DNA of 64,000 nt, taken from NCBI GenBank assembly GCA_043767805.1, contig JAYUGC010000085.1, positions 1-64,000 on the forward strand, given 5' to 3'. A program made the translations under genes and the position numbers. This document shows, piece after piece, positions 8,778-17,734 of the stretch (the first letter of the stretch is position 1; each line of letters starts with the position of its first letter). The DNA is from Pseudomonadota bacterium. GTDB taxonomy: Bacteria; Bdellovibrionota; FAC87; UBA2466. Below the pieces are notes generated by a model. The model made no database searches and had not been told where the DNA came from. It saw nothing but the letters and a program-made list of their open reading frames with translations.

Positions 8778-10819
8778 AAACGAGCCCTCGGTTCTCCGGG
8801 CCTTGGGTTTTTGGAATCTCGGCGCTGCTTTTCGCCGGGGGTTGTAGTCATCAAGAAAGAGTGGGCACCGTGATCACTTCCCTGCGCTTCAACCAGTCTC
8901 CGAAAGAGATCGACGCGCTTTGCGCTTCCCAGCAGGAAGCGCTGATAAAGAACATCGAGGCCATCGCCAAGACGCCGGAGTCGAGTGCCAACTTCGATAC
9001 CTCCATCGGCGCTTTGGAGCGGGTGACTGCGGAGTTCGGCGACGCCCTCAACCCGGTGCTTTTTCTAAAATACGTTTCCACCGACCCCGAAGTAAGGGCC
9101 GCCACCGACAAATGCGAGATGGCGGTGGAGAAGCTCTTCGTCGACATCTTCATGCGCGAAGATCTCTACCAGCTCGTCAAAGCCGCCCGCGGCAAAGACA
9201 AGCTCGAGCCCCGGGACGAGCGGCTCCTCGACGAGTACCTGACGGACTTCAAGCGCAACGGCCTCGAGCTCCCAGTGGATAAGCGCAAGATCTTCGGCGA
9301 CAAGAAGAAAGAGCTCGTCGCCCTGGAGAGCGAGTTCTCTAAAAACCTCGTCGAATGGAAAGACTTCCTGGAAGTCACGGCGGCCGAGCTCGAAGGGGTC
9401 GATAAATCCTACATCGAGAGCCTCGAGAAGACCGACAAGGGCACCTATAAGATTTCCATGTCCTATCCGAACTATTTCGGCTTCATGACGGAAGGAAAGA
9501 ACGCTTCCATCCGCCAGCAGCTGCAGAAGAAGTTCGATAACCGCGGCGGCGACAAGAACCGCGAGCTGTTAGAGAAAGCCATCAAGCTCCGCCACGAGAT
9601 GGCGCAGATGCTCGGCTACAAGACCCACGCGCACTTCGTTTTGGAAAAGCGCATGGCGAAAGACCCCGAGACGGTGAAGAAGTTTCTGGCGCGCTTGAAC
9701 AAGAAGCTCAAGCCCAAAGGCCAAGCGGATCTCAAGACGCTCCTCGAGCTCAAGCGCTCGGACCTGAAAGATCCGAAAGTGAAGGAAGTTTATTCCTACG
9801 ATTGGCGCTACTACGAGAACCTGCTCAAAAAGACCAAGTTCAACGTCGATCAGCAGAAGATCAAAGAGTACTTCCCCTTGGACGTCGTCCTAAAGGGCAT
9901 GCTGGAGATTTACGAGACGCTTCTCGGCGTGAAGTTCGAGATCGAGAACGGCACCACCTGGCACAAGTCGGTCTCCTGCTATCAGGTCAAACGGGACGGC
10001 AAGCTAATCTCGAAGTTCTACATGGATCTCTTTCCGCGCGACGGAAAGTACGGCCATGCGGCGGCGTTTACCCTCATCGGCGGGTATCAGCGCAAAGACG
10101 GGTCCTATCAGATTCCGCTCTCCTCTATCGTTGCGAACTTCAATGCGCCGACGGAGTCCAATCCTTCGCTCCTCACGCACGATCAGGTCGAGACGCTCTT
10201 TCACGAGTTCGGCCACATTATGCATCAGCAGCTGACGAGAGCGAAGTTCCCGACATTCTCAGGAACCCGGGTAAAGCGCGACTTCGTCGAAGCGCCTTCG
10301 CAGATGCTCGAGAATTGGGTTTGGGAAAAAGAGTCCCTGGCCCATCTCTCCGGCCATTACAAAGACAAGGCGAAGAAGCTTCCGGACGAGCTCATTCAAA
10401 AGCTCATCGCGGCAAAGCTCATGAACGTGGGCCTCAATTATTTGCGCCAGCTGACCTTCGCGACGCTCGATCTCGAGTACCATTCGGCTCCGGTGGTCGA
10501 TACAACCGCGGTCTATAAGCGGCTCACCAAAGACATCATGATGATTCCGATTCAGGACGGGACGATGCCGCAAGCGAGCTTCGGCCATCTCATGGGCGGG
10601 TACGACTCGGGCTACTACGGCTACCTCTGGTCGGAAGTGTACGCGCAAGACATGTTCACGCGCTTTGAGAAGGAAGGCCTTCTCAACACGAAGACCGGCG
10701 GCGACTACCGCAAATGGATCCTCGAGCCCGGCGGCGAAGTCGATCCGTTCGCCCTGGTGCGCTCTTTCTTGGGCCGCGAGCCCAATGAGACCGCCTTCTT
10801 AAAGAGCGTCGGGCTCTAG
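8774..10819 (+). CDS. M3 family metallo-oligopeptidase (thimet-like), probable lipoprotein
   Basis: FHEFGH, DFVEAPSQMLENW, GYYGYLWSEV; lipobox-like LFAGGC; TTG start overlaps the trxB stop. Confidence 0.92.
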   Translation: MKTSPRFSGPWVFGISALLFAGGCSHQERVGTVITSLRFNQSPKEIDALCASQQEALIKNIEAIAKTPESSANFDTSIGALERVTAEFGDALNPVLFLKYVSTDPEVRAATDKCEMAVEKLFVDIFMREDLYQLVKAARGKDKLEPRDERLLDEYLTDFKRNGLELPVDKRKIFGDKKKELVALESEFSKNLVEWKDFLEVTAAELEGVDKSYIESLEKTDKGTYKISMSYPNYFGFMTEGKNASIRQQLQKKFDNRGGDKNRELLEKAIKLRHEMAQMLGYKTHAHFVLEKRMAKDPETVKKFLARLNKKLKPKGQADLKTLLELKRSDLKDPKVKEVYSYDWRYYENLLKKTKFNVDQQKIKEYFPLDVVLKGMLEIYETLLGVKFEIENGTTWHKSVSCYQVKRDGKLISKFYMDLFPRDGKYGHAAAFTLIGGYQRKDGSYQIPLSSIVANFNAPTESNPSLLTHDQVETLFHEFGHIMHQQLTRAKFPTFSGTRVKRDFVEAPSQMLENWVWEKESLAHLSGHYKDKAKKLPDELIQKLIAAKLMNVGLNYLRQLTFATLDLEYHSAPVVDTTAVYKRLTKDIMMIPIQDGTMPQASFGHLMGGYDSGYYGYLWSEVYAQDMFTRFEKEGLLNTKTGGDYRKWILEPGGEVDPFALVRSFLGREPNETAFLKSVGL

Positions 10820-11090
10820 GCCTTAGAATCACGCCAAATTCATTACGTGGGTCGGGTAGGCGGTTCGGGCAGAATCAAAGTATAGGGAGGCCGAAGCAGG
10901 GGGACGTAGCAAAACCGCCCAGTCTAGCTACGCTAGCTTCGGCCCAGAGTGCGTAAAAATGCCCTCCCACTTTCGTGACACACACCCCGAAAGTGGGCGG
11001 GCTCATTTGCAGCAGTGAGCTGATTTATCTCCGCGGCACGCGTGCAAGACAAGGGTTGCCTCAACCGGCAGTCCTTCCTAGGAGGTAAAC

Positions 11091-11636
11091 GTGAACCGAA
11101 CTTTTCTCTTGGGCGGACTAGCTTCCGCCCTTTTCGTTCAATCTCTTGGTTTCGCGGCAGCCGACAGCTGTGACGACTATTTTCAGCGCCACTACACCGC
11201 GGACTTAGTCCCCCTCAGCGCCTACACCGAGCAAGTGCCCCGCTCTGGCGACATCACGGGATACGACACTTTAAACGTAAGGGTGAAGAACATGGGCAAT
11301 CAGCCTATTCAGTTCGCGGGCTCGGGCGGCTTTCCGGCGAACGCTTTCACTTTAGGCATGCGGCGCGCGGGCCATCGTCGGCCCCCTACGGCCAATCTCA
11401 CCCAGTTCTATCAAACTTCGCTCCCCGTTCCGATGGCGGCGGGGGCGACTCGCGTGATCTCGGTCACCATCCCGCAAGACTCCATCGCGAACTGCGCGAA
11501 GCTGCGGATTACCGTGGATGCGAGACGACAAGCGAACCAGCACGGCTGCAACGTGTTTGGAAATGACGGCGAGGACTTGGTGGTGCAGCGCAAAGGTAAG
11601 CTAAATTGCAGTGCAATCTTGCTGCCCCATCCTTGA
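11091..11636 (+). CDS. Hypothetical secreted Cys-containing protein (CARDB/Ig-like features)
   Basis: GGAGG SD, signal peptide, VRVKNMGN and ITVDA segments. Confidence 0.65.
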   Translation: MNRTFLLGGLASALFVQSLGFAAADSCDDYFQRHYTADLVPLSAYTEQVPRSGDITGYDTLNVRVKNMGNQPIQFAGSGGFPANAFTLGMRRAGHRRPPTANLTQFYQTSLPVPMAAGATRVISVTIPQDSIANCAKLRITVDARRQANQHGCNVFGNDGEDLVVQRKGKLNCSAILLPHP

Positions 11637-11738
11637 ACAAAAGAGCGGCTTCGGGGGCCGGAGGTTGGGGGTCCCTCACTCCCCTCGGTACTCTCGGAGC
11701 CGCTCTAACCTTCCTCGAGGAAGGCTCGTCCCGAGAAA

Positions 11739-11774
11739 TTAAAAAGGCCCGCCTCCTCGAAAGGAAGCGGGCCT
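11739..11774 (-). terminator. Intrinsic terminator of DUF2090 gene
   Basis: aggcccgc...gcgggcct stem followed by a T-run on the minus strand. Confidence 0.75.
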
Positions 11775-11789
11775 CAAACGAACTAGAAA

Positions 11790-12728
11790 CTACTTCTGGG
11801 CCCGCAGATCGAGCCAGAGACGGCAGAAGGCGCCGTAAGTCGCGGCAATCTGATCGGACGCCTGCTCGCGAGTGATCTTGCCTTCCTTGTGCGCTTTGAG
11901 CGGTTCCCAAAACACGGTACGGCCGACGGCAAAGCCGATGACTCCCGGAACTTTCGCTCCAGCTTTGAGCCATTCGCGGACTTTCGCGTCGTTTTCTCCG
12001 CGGCCCAGGACGATGGTGCCGACGTTGGCGCGGCCGCCCTGGTGGGTAGCGTCGACGACCTTCTTGTAATCCGCTTCGCGATCGAGGCCTTCGAGCTTCC
12101 AGACGTCTGGCTCGATGCCTTTCGAGTAGAGCTCGTTGATGGCCTTAATCATCAAAGTCGGGCGCATTTCGAGGTCATACGTCTTTTTGTCGCCGTTGCA
12201 TTGCGCGAGCTGGGCTTCCGTGTGAGGCACGAGGAGCTCGAACATGAACTTACGATTAACCGTGTCGAGGTGCCGGCTCAGTTCGGCAAGCTTCAGGGCT
12301 TGGCGATCGTTGGTGGTTTTATCCGCTTCGGGATTGTAGCGAACGAGAACCTTCACGAGATCCGGGGCGAACTTTTCGATGTGGGCGCCGTAGTCTTTGC
12401 CGTACTCGAAATCGAACTCGTCCTGGCCGCTTTTTTCGACGCAGAGGCTCGTACAAAAACCCTTCGCCTTGGCGCGCTGAAGGACTTCCTTGCCGAACTG
12501 CTCGTCCACGAGAACTCCCATCCATTCCTTGGGGAGACCGGCTTGGACGGCTTTTTCAAAACCTTCGTAAATAATCGTCTTAAAAGAGGAAATCGTCTCA
12601 GTTTCCTTCGGCGTCGGCACGCCGTGGATACCGAACATCTTGCTCTGGAACGAGCCGCGGTGGTCAAAAGGCAAAATCAGCAGCTGCTTGGTGTAACCCC
12701 GGGTCTTCTTGGTCGCGGTCGAACTCAT
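11790..12728 (-). CDS. Stand-alone DUF2090 (IolC C-terminal-like, aldolase TIM barrel) protein
   Basis: ILPFDHRGSF, VKVLVRYNP, GIEPDVWKLEG, VLGRG, GFAVGRTVF. Confidence 0.85.
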   Translation of the reverse strand: MSSTATKKTRGYTKQLLILPFDHRGSFQSKMFGIHGVPTPKETETISSFKTIIYEGFEKAVQAGLPKEWMGVLVDEQFGKEVLQRAKAKGFCTSLCVEKSGQDEFDFEYGKDYGAHIEKFAPDLVKVLVRYNPEADKTTNDRQALKLAELSRHLDTVNRKFMFELLVPHTEAQLAQCNGDKKTYDLEMRPTLMIKAINELYSKGIEPDVWKLEGLDREADYKKVVDATHQGGRANVGTIVLGRGENDAKVREWLKAGAKVPGVIGFAVGRTVFWEPLKAHKEGKITREQASDQIAATYGAFCRLWLDLRAQK

Positions 12729-12855
12729 GAGTCTTTGCTCCTTATAGGGCGTGGCGGATGAAAAGTAGGCTTCAGAGGTAATCGAAAAACGCTTAGGAAT
12801 CAACTCCCGGGGCGTGTGGGAAACCCGCGAGAAGTATGCTAATTTTTCCTTACCG

Positions 12856-13425
12856 ATGACAATTACGCCGCTGGACCGGTTTCTTCGATTTCTCGACGAG
12901 CAGGACCCAGCCGCTATTCGGCAAGGTTCCCTCGATCATTTCCTGGCGACCGAGCGTGTCGAGCCCGACGATTTGCTGTCTTTCGTGTTTTTCCGCGAAG
13001 ACACCTACGCGAGAAACCTCGTGTACCGCACTGAGCACATCGAGCTCCTGATGCTTTGCTGGCTTCCCGGCAACCGGACTCCCATTCACGATCACGGCGG
13101 CCAGCGCGCCTGGATTTCCATGCACACGGGCGAGCTCACCTTCAATACCTACGCGCCGATCATCGACGAGCGCAAGCTTCCGGTCCTCACCAACGATGCC
13201 GAGCCTCAGATTGCGGGCGAGCTCCTCTATATCGACGATAGCATCGGGATCCATTCCATCGTGAACGCCTCGCGAAAGCCCGCCATCTCGATGCACCTCT
13301 ATGCGGCGCCCATGAAGAAATGCCGGATGTGGGATGAACGGGCGAAGCAATTCGTTTGGAAAGAGCTTACTTACTTCACCCAGAATGGGCGCCAAGCTCG
13401 CACCCATGTTCTGGAGCTCGACTAG
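12856..13425 (+). CDS. Cysteine dioxygenase family cupin
   Basis: YARNLVY, CWLPGNRTPIHDH, GIHSIVN, AISMHLYA. Confidence 0.85.
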   Translation: MTITPLDRFLRFLDEQDPAAIRQGSLDHFLATERVEPDDLLSFVFFREDTYARNLVYRTEHIELLMLCWLPGNRTPIHDHGGQRAWISMHTGELTFNTYAPIIDERKLPVLTNDAEPQIAGELLYIDDSIGIHSIVNASRKPAISMHLYAAPMKKCRMWDERAKQFVWKELTYFTQNGRQARTHVLELD

Positions 13426-14320
13426 CTCCCGAGACTCTTCCCACATGCAGGAAAGCGCCCCCGGCCACGGTCTTGTAGTGAGCGAGGTATTTCTCCGCCA
13501 TCCCTCGGTAGTGAAAATGCGTCTCTGCCCTCAGCCGGCAGGCGGTTGGATCGAAGTGTGAGAGAGAAGCGACCGCCTGAACGAACTCGTCCTCGGAAGC
13601 GCAGATTTTCCCGACGTCCGAAGTCACTAGCTCCGGCAAAGATCCAAAGGGACTGGCAAGCACCGGCGTTCCGCTGGCGAGCGCTTCGATGACCGCGATG
13701 CCGAAAGGCTCGTGCCAAAGCACGGGAAAGAGAAGCCCCTTCGCGCCCGCGACGATACCGCGCTTTTTCTCGCCGCCCAACATCCCTTCCCAGCGCGCCG
13801 CGCCCCAAGGGTTCGCCCACCGCCTGCTTCCGCCGACGATGCGCAAAGTATGGCGGGACTTAGCGGCCATTCGGATCGCGCCCGAGACGTTTTTCACCTT
13901 CCAAGAGGCCTTTGCGAGAAAGACGAGGTAATTGTCTTTGCGCGCGCGAAACTGGGACTCTGTGGGGTCGATTCCGTTATGTACGAAGTGAGTCGCCCCG
14001 TGCCGCTCGGCGTGGTTTCGGCTTACAAAGATCGTATTGCGTAGAAACGTTTCACCCACCCTACCGTTTCCTCCGATGGTAACGACGTAGGGAAAAGTCG
14101 GCTCCGCGGCCGGCGTATTGAAGTAATGAACCGCTTCGAAAGTTTCCGGGCGAGCGTTTTGCACGGCGCGCGCGAAAGGAAACCGGCTGCCCTCTCGGCA
14201 TTCCACCGCTACGTCGTGGCCTAGCTCGGCGAGCCCTTTAGCGAGCCACCAAACCACCCGTTCGGTACCGCCGTAAGCGACCACGGGAAAAAGCGCATGG
14301 TGTACGAGAAGAATCTTCAA
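13376..14320 (-). CDS. Glycosyltransferase family 4
   Basis: YGGTERVV, EPFGIAVIEALASGTPVL, GSLPE. Confidence 0.9.
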   Translation of the reverse strand: MKILLVHHALFPVVAYGGTERVVWWLAKGLAELGHDVAVECREGSRFPFARAVQNARPETFEAVHYFNTPAAEPTFPYVVTIGGNGRVGETFLRNTIFVSRNHAERHGATHFVHNGIDPTESQFRARKDNYLVFLAKASWKVKNVSGAIRMAAKSRHTLRIVGGSRRWANPWGAARWEGMLGGEKKRGIVAGAKGLLFPVLWHEPFGIAVIEALASGTPVLASPFGSLPELVTSDVGKICASEDEFVQAVASLSHFDPTACRLRAETHFHYRGMAEKYLAHYKTVAGGAFLHVGRVSGASRAPEHGCELGAHSG

Positions 14321-14336
14321 AGCCGAGCCAGTATAA

Positions 14337-14368
14337 CTTGTCTTAAAAGGTACTAACTACTTTTAAGA
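14337..14368. repeat. REP-like palindrome, full short copy
   Basis: tcttaaaag-gtactaacta-cttttaaga; 14337-14354 is identical to the reverse complement of 63388-63405. Confidence 0.75.
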
Positions 14369-14462
14369 AAATGAACCGATCGTCGACATCACGCCGGAGC
14401 CGGATCTGCCGGAAGTAATCGATCCGATGCTGATCGAATCGCCCGCACCGGACCTTCCTTAA
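14367..14462 (+). pseudogene. Start-less C-terminal gene remnant
   Basis: Protein-like frame ENEPIVDITPEPDLPEVIDPMLIESPAPDLP* starts right after a TAA inside the palindrome and ends before a terminator hairpin. Confidence 0.4.
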
Positions 14463-14468
14463 GATACG

Positions 14469-14512
14469 AAAATAAAGAGCCCCGGTTGCCTTGCGGCGAC
14501 CAGGGCTCTTTA
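14469..14512 (-). terminator. Intrinsic terminator (possibly bidirectional)
   Basis: taaagagccc..ggttgcc/ggcgacc..gggctcttta stem with TTTATTTT on the minus strand. Confidence 0.8.
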
Positions 14513-14584
14513 CGTGTTGTGTGTTGTTGGCTGTGGAAACCAGTCCATGTTCAAGCTTCGCTTGAACGTGGACTGGTGGTGGCC

Positions 14585-15184
14585 TTATTCGGCCTTAGCT
14601 AAACTTTGGTTGCGGGCGGCGAGGCGCAGGGCGTAGCCGCGGAAGAGATGCTCGTCCGCTTCCCGGTACCAATCCTTGATGTAGCGCTTTACCCAGTTGC
14701 GTACCGCCGGCGAGTCCGACGTCATGCGCTTGGAAGAGCCGCCCGTGAGCTGGAGATGCTGATCCATCTCGAACTTAAGTCCTTTGAGAAAGCGGGCCGC
14801 GCCCTGCTTATCGCGCTTACGAAGCTCAGTCCATTTACCGGCGAGAGCTTTCGCCGTACGCGAGTCGACGCCATTTCCCACCGTCAGCACGAACTGAAGA
14901 TAGGGCTCGTACTCTTTCACCTGATCGTCGGCGTCGCTAGTGGACCCGACATTGGGAAAAGGTCGGGATGCGGGATCGCGCCAGCCCAAGGAGGCCGCGC
15001 TAAGCCAGTCGTTACCTTCACTGTTGCCGAAGACGGACAGTAAGGCCAAGAGAGCCGCTACCGCGAAGACGGAAGTGGAGAAAAGGCTCGATGCCCTAAT
15101 CCGTAATGAGAGCAATCGCTCTCTGCCTCGCCCGGTTCCCTTGGTGGAATTGTCCGTTACCTTGTTTTGATTGATGTGTTTCAT
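14585..15184 (-). CDS. Hypothetical membrane-anchored protein
   Basis: GGAGG SD before ATG 15184; one hydrophobic segment, then a helical domain. Confidence 0.65.
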   Translation of the reverse strand: MKHINQNKVTDNSTKGTGRGRERLLSLRIRASSLFSTSVFAVAALLALLSVFGNSEGNDWLSAASLGWRDPASRPFPNVGSTSDADDQVKEYEPYLQFVLTVGNGVDSRTAKALAGKWTELRKRDKQGAARFLKGLKFEMDQHLQLTGGSSKRMTSDSPAVRNWVKRYIKDWYREADEHLFRGYALRLAARNQSLAKAE

Positions 15185-15218
15185 TTCCCGCCTCCCTACC
15201 TTCCCGACGGGCGACAAA

Positions 15219-15234
15219 TGCGATTTCCGTGCCG
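15219..15234 (-). promoter_or_regulatory. Putative sigma54 -24/-12 promoter
   Basis: CGGCACGGAAATCGCA (GG-N10-GC) about 35 nt upstream of ATG 15184. Confidence 0.55.
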
Positions 15235-15355
15235 CCCCGTATCCCGCAGGAATGCGGCTAACGGATGTACGTGAAGTGACCTTTTGCGTCCGCCGTGCCG
15301 CCCTAAAGCGTCACTTCAGACTGTTTCGCCGACACCCCTCAGGCACGAGGCGCCG

Positions 15356-15371
15356 TGGAACGCGAATTGCT
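15356..15371 (+). promoter_or_regulatory. Putative sigma54 -24/-12 promoter
   Basis: TGGAACGCGAATTGCT (GG-N10-GC) upstream of 15461. Confidence 0.65.
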
Positions 15372-15460
15372 TTGGGGCAATCGCGGGTTCGCGAAATTAG
15401 CTTTTCGCGAATTCAGACGCTCACCGTTCAACGAACGCTGACTGTCATTAGGGGGATTTC

Positions 15461-16279
15461 TTGGGGCGGAACACTTTCAATCTATTCATGGGCGTGCTCG
15501 TGGCGTCCGGACTCGGTCTCGCGGGTTGTGGCGGTAGCGCGGCTCCCGCGGCTCCTGTACTACCGCCGGTGCCCGGTGGCCCTGCCGTCGGGCAGATGGG
15601 AGCCGGACTGGAAAGCCCGAGCCCTGGCACGCCCCTCAGCCAAAACGGACAGCAGCAAGCGCTTCAAGCGCTCGCTCAAAATCTTTCGGGTTATGGCTCG
15701 GCTACCGTGCGCGTTCAAACCAACAACGACTACGTCGTGCAACAGGCCCAGTATCAGAACCAGCAATATCAAAATCAGCAGTATCAAGGTCAGTTCCAGC
15801 AACCGCAAGCCGTCTGGACTCACCTGGGCAATGCGACTCAAGAGCCCATTCAAATCCCGACGTATCAAGTGACGGGGTACGCCCAAGGTTACTCGATCTC
15901 CTTGCAGATGAGCTCTCGTTACGAGCGCGGGCGCAATTACGTTTTTACTTCTCAGGTGAATTTGGCGGGGCTGATCCTTTATAGCACCGATCAAGTGGCG
16001 CTTTTCGAAGGCACGTCGCCCACCGGTGGTTACGCCCTTATCAAGGTCGCCTATCGCACCCAGAATCCTCAATTGCAGGAATATTTCATCGACGAGATTT
16101 CGTCCGGTTACGGCGGGTATAACCAGCAGAATCTGGGCCGCCGCTACCACGTGGTTCAAAGAATCATCGACACCGCTTTCGCCTATCCGCCGCAGCAACA
16201 ACAGTACCAGCAACAACCGCAATATCAGCAGCCGGCGGGCGGACAGACGAATGACTACGACAACAACCCTTATTTCTGA
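15461..16279 (+). CDS. Hypothetical Gln/Tyr-rich lipoprotein
   Basis: Lipobox LAGC; QQYQN repeats; Q-rich tail. Confidence 0.75.
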   Translation: MGRNTFNLFMGVLVASGLGLAGCGGSAAPAAPVLPPVPGGPAVGQMGAGLESPSPGTPLSQNGQQQALQALAQNLSGYGSATVRVQTNNDYVVQQAQYQNQQYQNQQYQGQFQQPQAVWTHLGNATQEPIQIPTYQVTGYAQGYSISLQMSSRYERGRNYVFTSQVNLAGLILYSTDQVALFEGTSPTGGYALIKVAYRTQNPQLQEYFIDEISSGYGGYNQQNLGRRYHVVQRIIDTAFAYPPQQQQYQQQPQYQQPAGGQTNDYDNNPYF

Positions 16280-16297
16280 ACGTTTGCAGGAGGCTAA

Positions 16298-16909
16298 ATG
16301 CAGCACTTGAAGATGATCTTGGCTCTATTCTTAACGCTCGCGATTTTCGGAACGCCCGTTTTCGCGGAAGAAGGCGCAGAGGCCGTGGCGCAAAGCCCGG
16401 TGCTCGCGCAAAACACCGCGGCTCAACCGGCGCTCGCTCGTCCTATCGTGAACGCGCCTTATAGAACTTTTCTTACGATCCAGCGCTATACCTTGGAGAC
16501 CAATGGTGACCCTGGCACCAACATCTCCAACGCGCGGCTCGAACTCAAATTCCCGAACGACGTAGTCATCAAGCTCCCTGGCGGAGACCAGTACTGGCCT
16601 ATCGGGAATGGCCAGGTCCAAGAAGTGAATCAGACGTTTGAGATTCCCTGGGCCAACATCAAGGGCGACAGCTTCGGCTTCGTCCTGCAGATCGTCCGCA
16701 AAGGCGCGCAAATCCTGCCGTGCCAGTTCGACGTCAAGGAGCTCTCTCAGTTCAACCGCACGTACCATTGTCAGACCGACGTGGGTTGGCAGACGACCAA
16801 CAATGTACCCGCAGAACGCATCATTCGTGAAGGCGTACAGATCCGAGTCTTCACGGACCGCAACACGCCGTCCAAGGAAGTCCCCAAGGACGCCGTTGCG
16901 TTGAAATAG
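16298..16909 (+). CDS. Hypothetical secreted protein
   Basis: GGAGG SD, signal peptide ending VFA, beta-rich domain with two Cys. Confidence 0.75.
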   Translation: MQHLKMILALFLTLAIFGTPVFAEEGAEAVAQSPVLAQNTAAQPALARPIVNAPYRTFLTIQRYTLETNGDPGTNISNARLELKFPNDVVIKLPGGDQYWPIGNGQVQEVNQTFEIPWANIKGDSFGFVLQIVRKGAQILPCQFDVKELSQFNRTYHCQTDVGWQTTNNVPAERIIREGVQIRVFTDRNTPSKEVPKDAVALK

Positions 16910-17035
16910 CACAAGTCGAAGTAGAAACCCGGACGACCAGATCAGGGGTAAAGCCGGGGTAAGGTAAAGGACCGTGGGCCGGTAGTGGTAAGCTGAAACG
17001 CTGCCACTAGGCCCTGCAGGTGAGGGTGAGTGCAC

Positions 17036-17734
17036 TCACTTGAACTCGGCGCGGGAAACGTTCTTTCCCAACACCTGGCCATCGCTGGCTCGCAGCAATA
17101 CCTGAATCGGCCTTCTCGAACCCGAGGGCTCTCTGGCCGAGACCACATAAGCCAATTCCGCCCGATTCGTACCCGGCACGGGGTACAGCACTCTCGCGGG
17201 CTCATCGCCCACACTCGGGTCGGGCAGGTAATTCGATACCCGCATCAGCTCTTGCACCTGGCCGTTATCGAGGCCGCCGTGCGCACTCAAGTCCACTCTC
17301 TCCAGCGGCACATACCGGTTATCCAAATCCATCACATCGTGGTTTCTTCCGATCTGCAGCCGAATCTCCGAGCCGACCACCGGCACCCCGTCTTGAAAAA
17401 CCTGATAGGTCACGCGCGCGCCGAGCGGCGTCTGAAAAATCGAAGGGCGCATCTCGTGGTACGACTTGAGCCCGAGCTCATCAAAGTGATCCTGCAAATA
17501 TTTTTGCCCGATTTCTTCGGGCGACTCCACCGCCGCGACGACAGCAGCGGCTTCGATCGGAGCGCCCGGCGTCTCTCGGCCCGCCACGTTCCAGCCGCCC
17601 ATGCCGGAATGCCGGCGCACTTCAAAGCCACGCGGCCGAACCTTCTTCTCCGCAGCTTCCTTCTGATCCTTGAAATCGAGCACGGCTAAAATCGCGAGTG
17701 CGACCACGGCGCCAAAAACCAAATACTTCTTCAT
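17036..17734 (-). CDS. Stand-alone FTP/PepSY protease propeptide-like protein with N-terminal anchor
   Basis: GARVTYQVFQDGVPVVGSEIRLQI (FTP-like); VLYP..ELAYVV..IQVLLRASDGQVL (PepSY-like); no catalytic motif. Confidence 0.75.
   Translation of the reverse strand: MKKYLVFGAVVALAILAVLDFKDQKEAAEKKVRPRGFEVRRHSGMGGWNVAGRETPGAPIEAAAVVAAVESPEEIGQKYLQDHFDELGLKSYHEMRPSIFQTPLGARVTYQVFQDGVPVVGSEIRLQIGRNHDVMDLDNRYVPLERVDLSAHGGLDNGQVQELMRVSNYLPDPSVGDEPARVLYPVPGTNRAELAYVVSAREPSGSRRPIQVLLRASDGQVLGKNVSRAEFK

Noticed and set aside
10889..10944. c-di-GMP-I riboswitch
   Set aside because: Only a partial GGGACG..GCAAAACC..GTCTA resemblance; the GGCAAAC/GAAA tetraloop stem and spacing are missing.
14371..14418. 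15-aa leader peptide MNRSSTSRRSRICRK
   Set aside because: No SD and no downstream gene on that strand; the alternative frame looks more protein-like.
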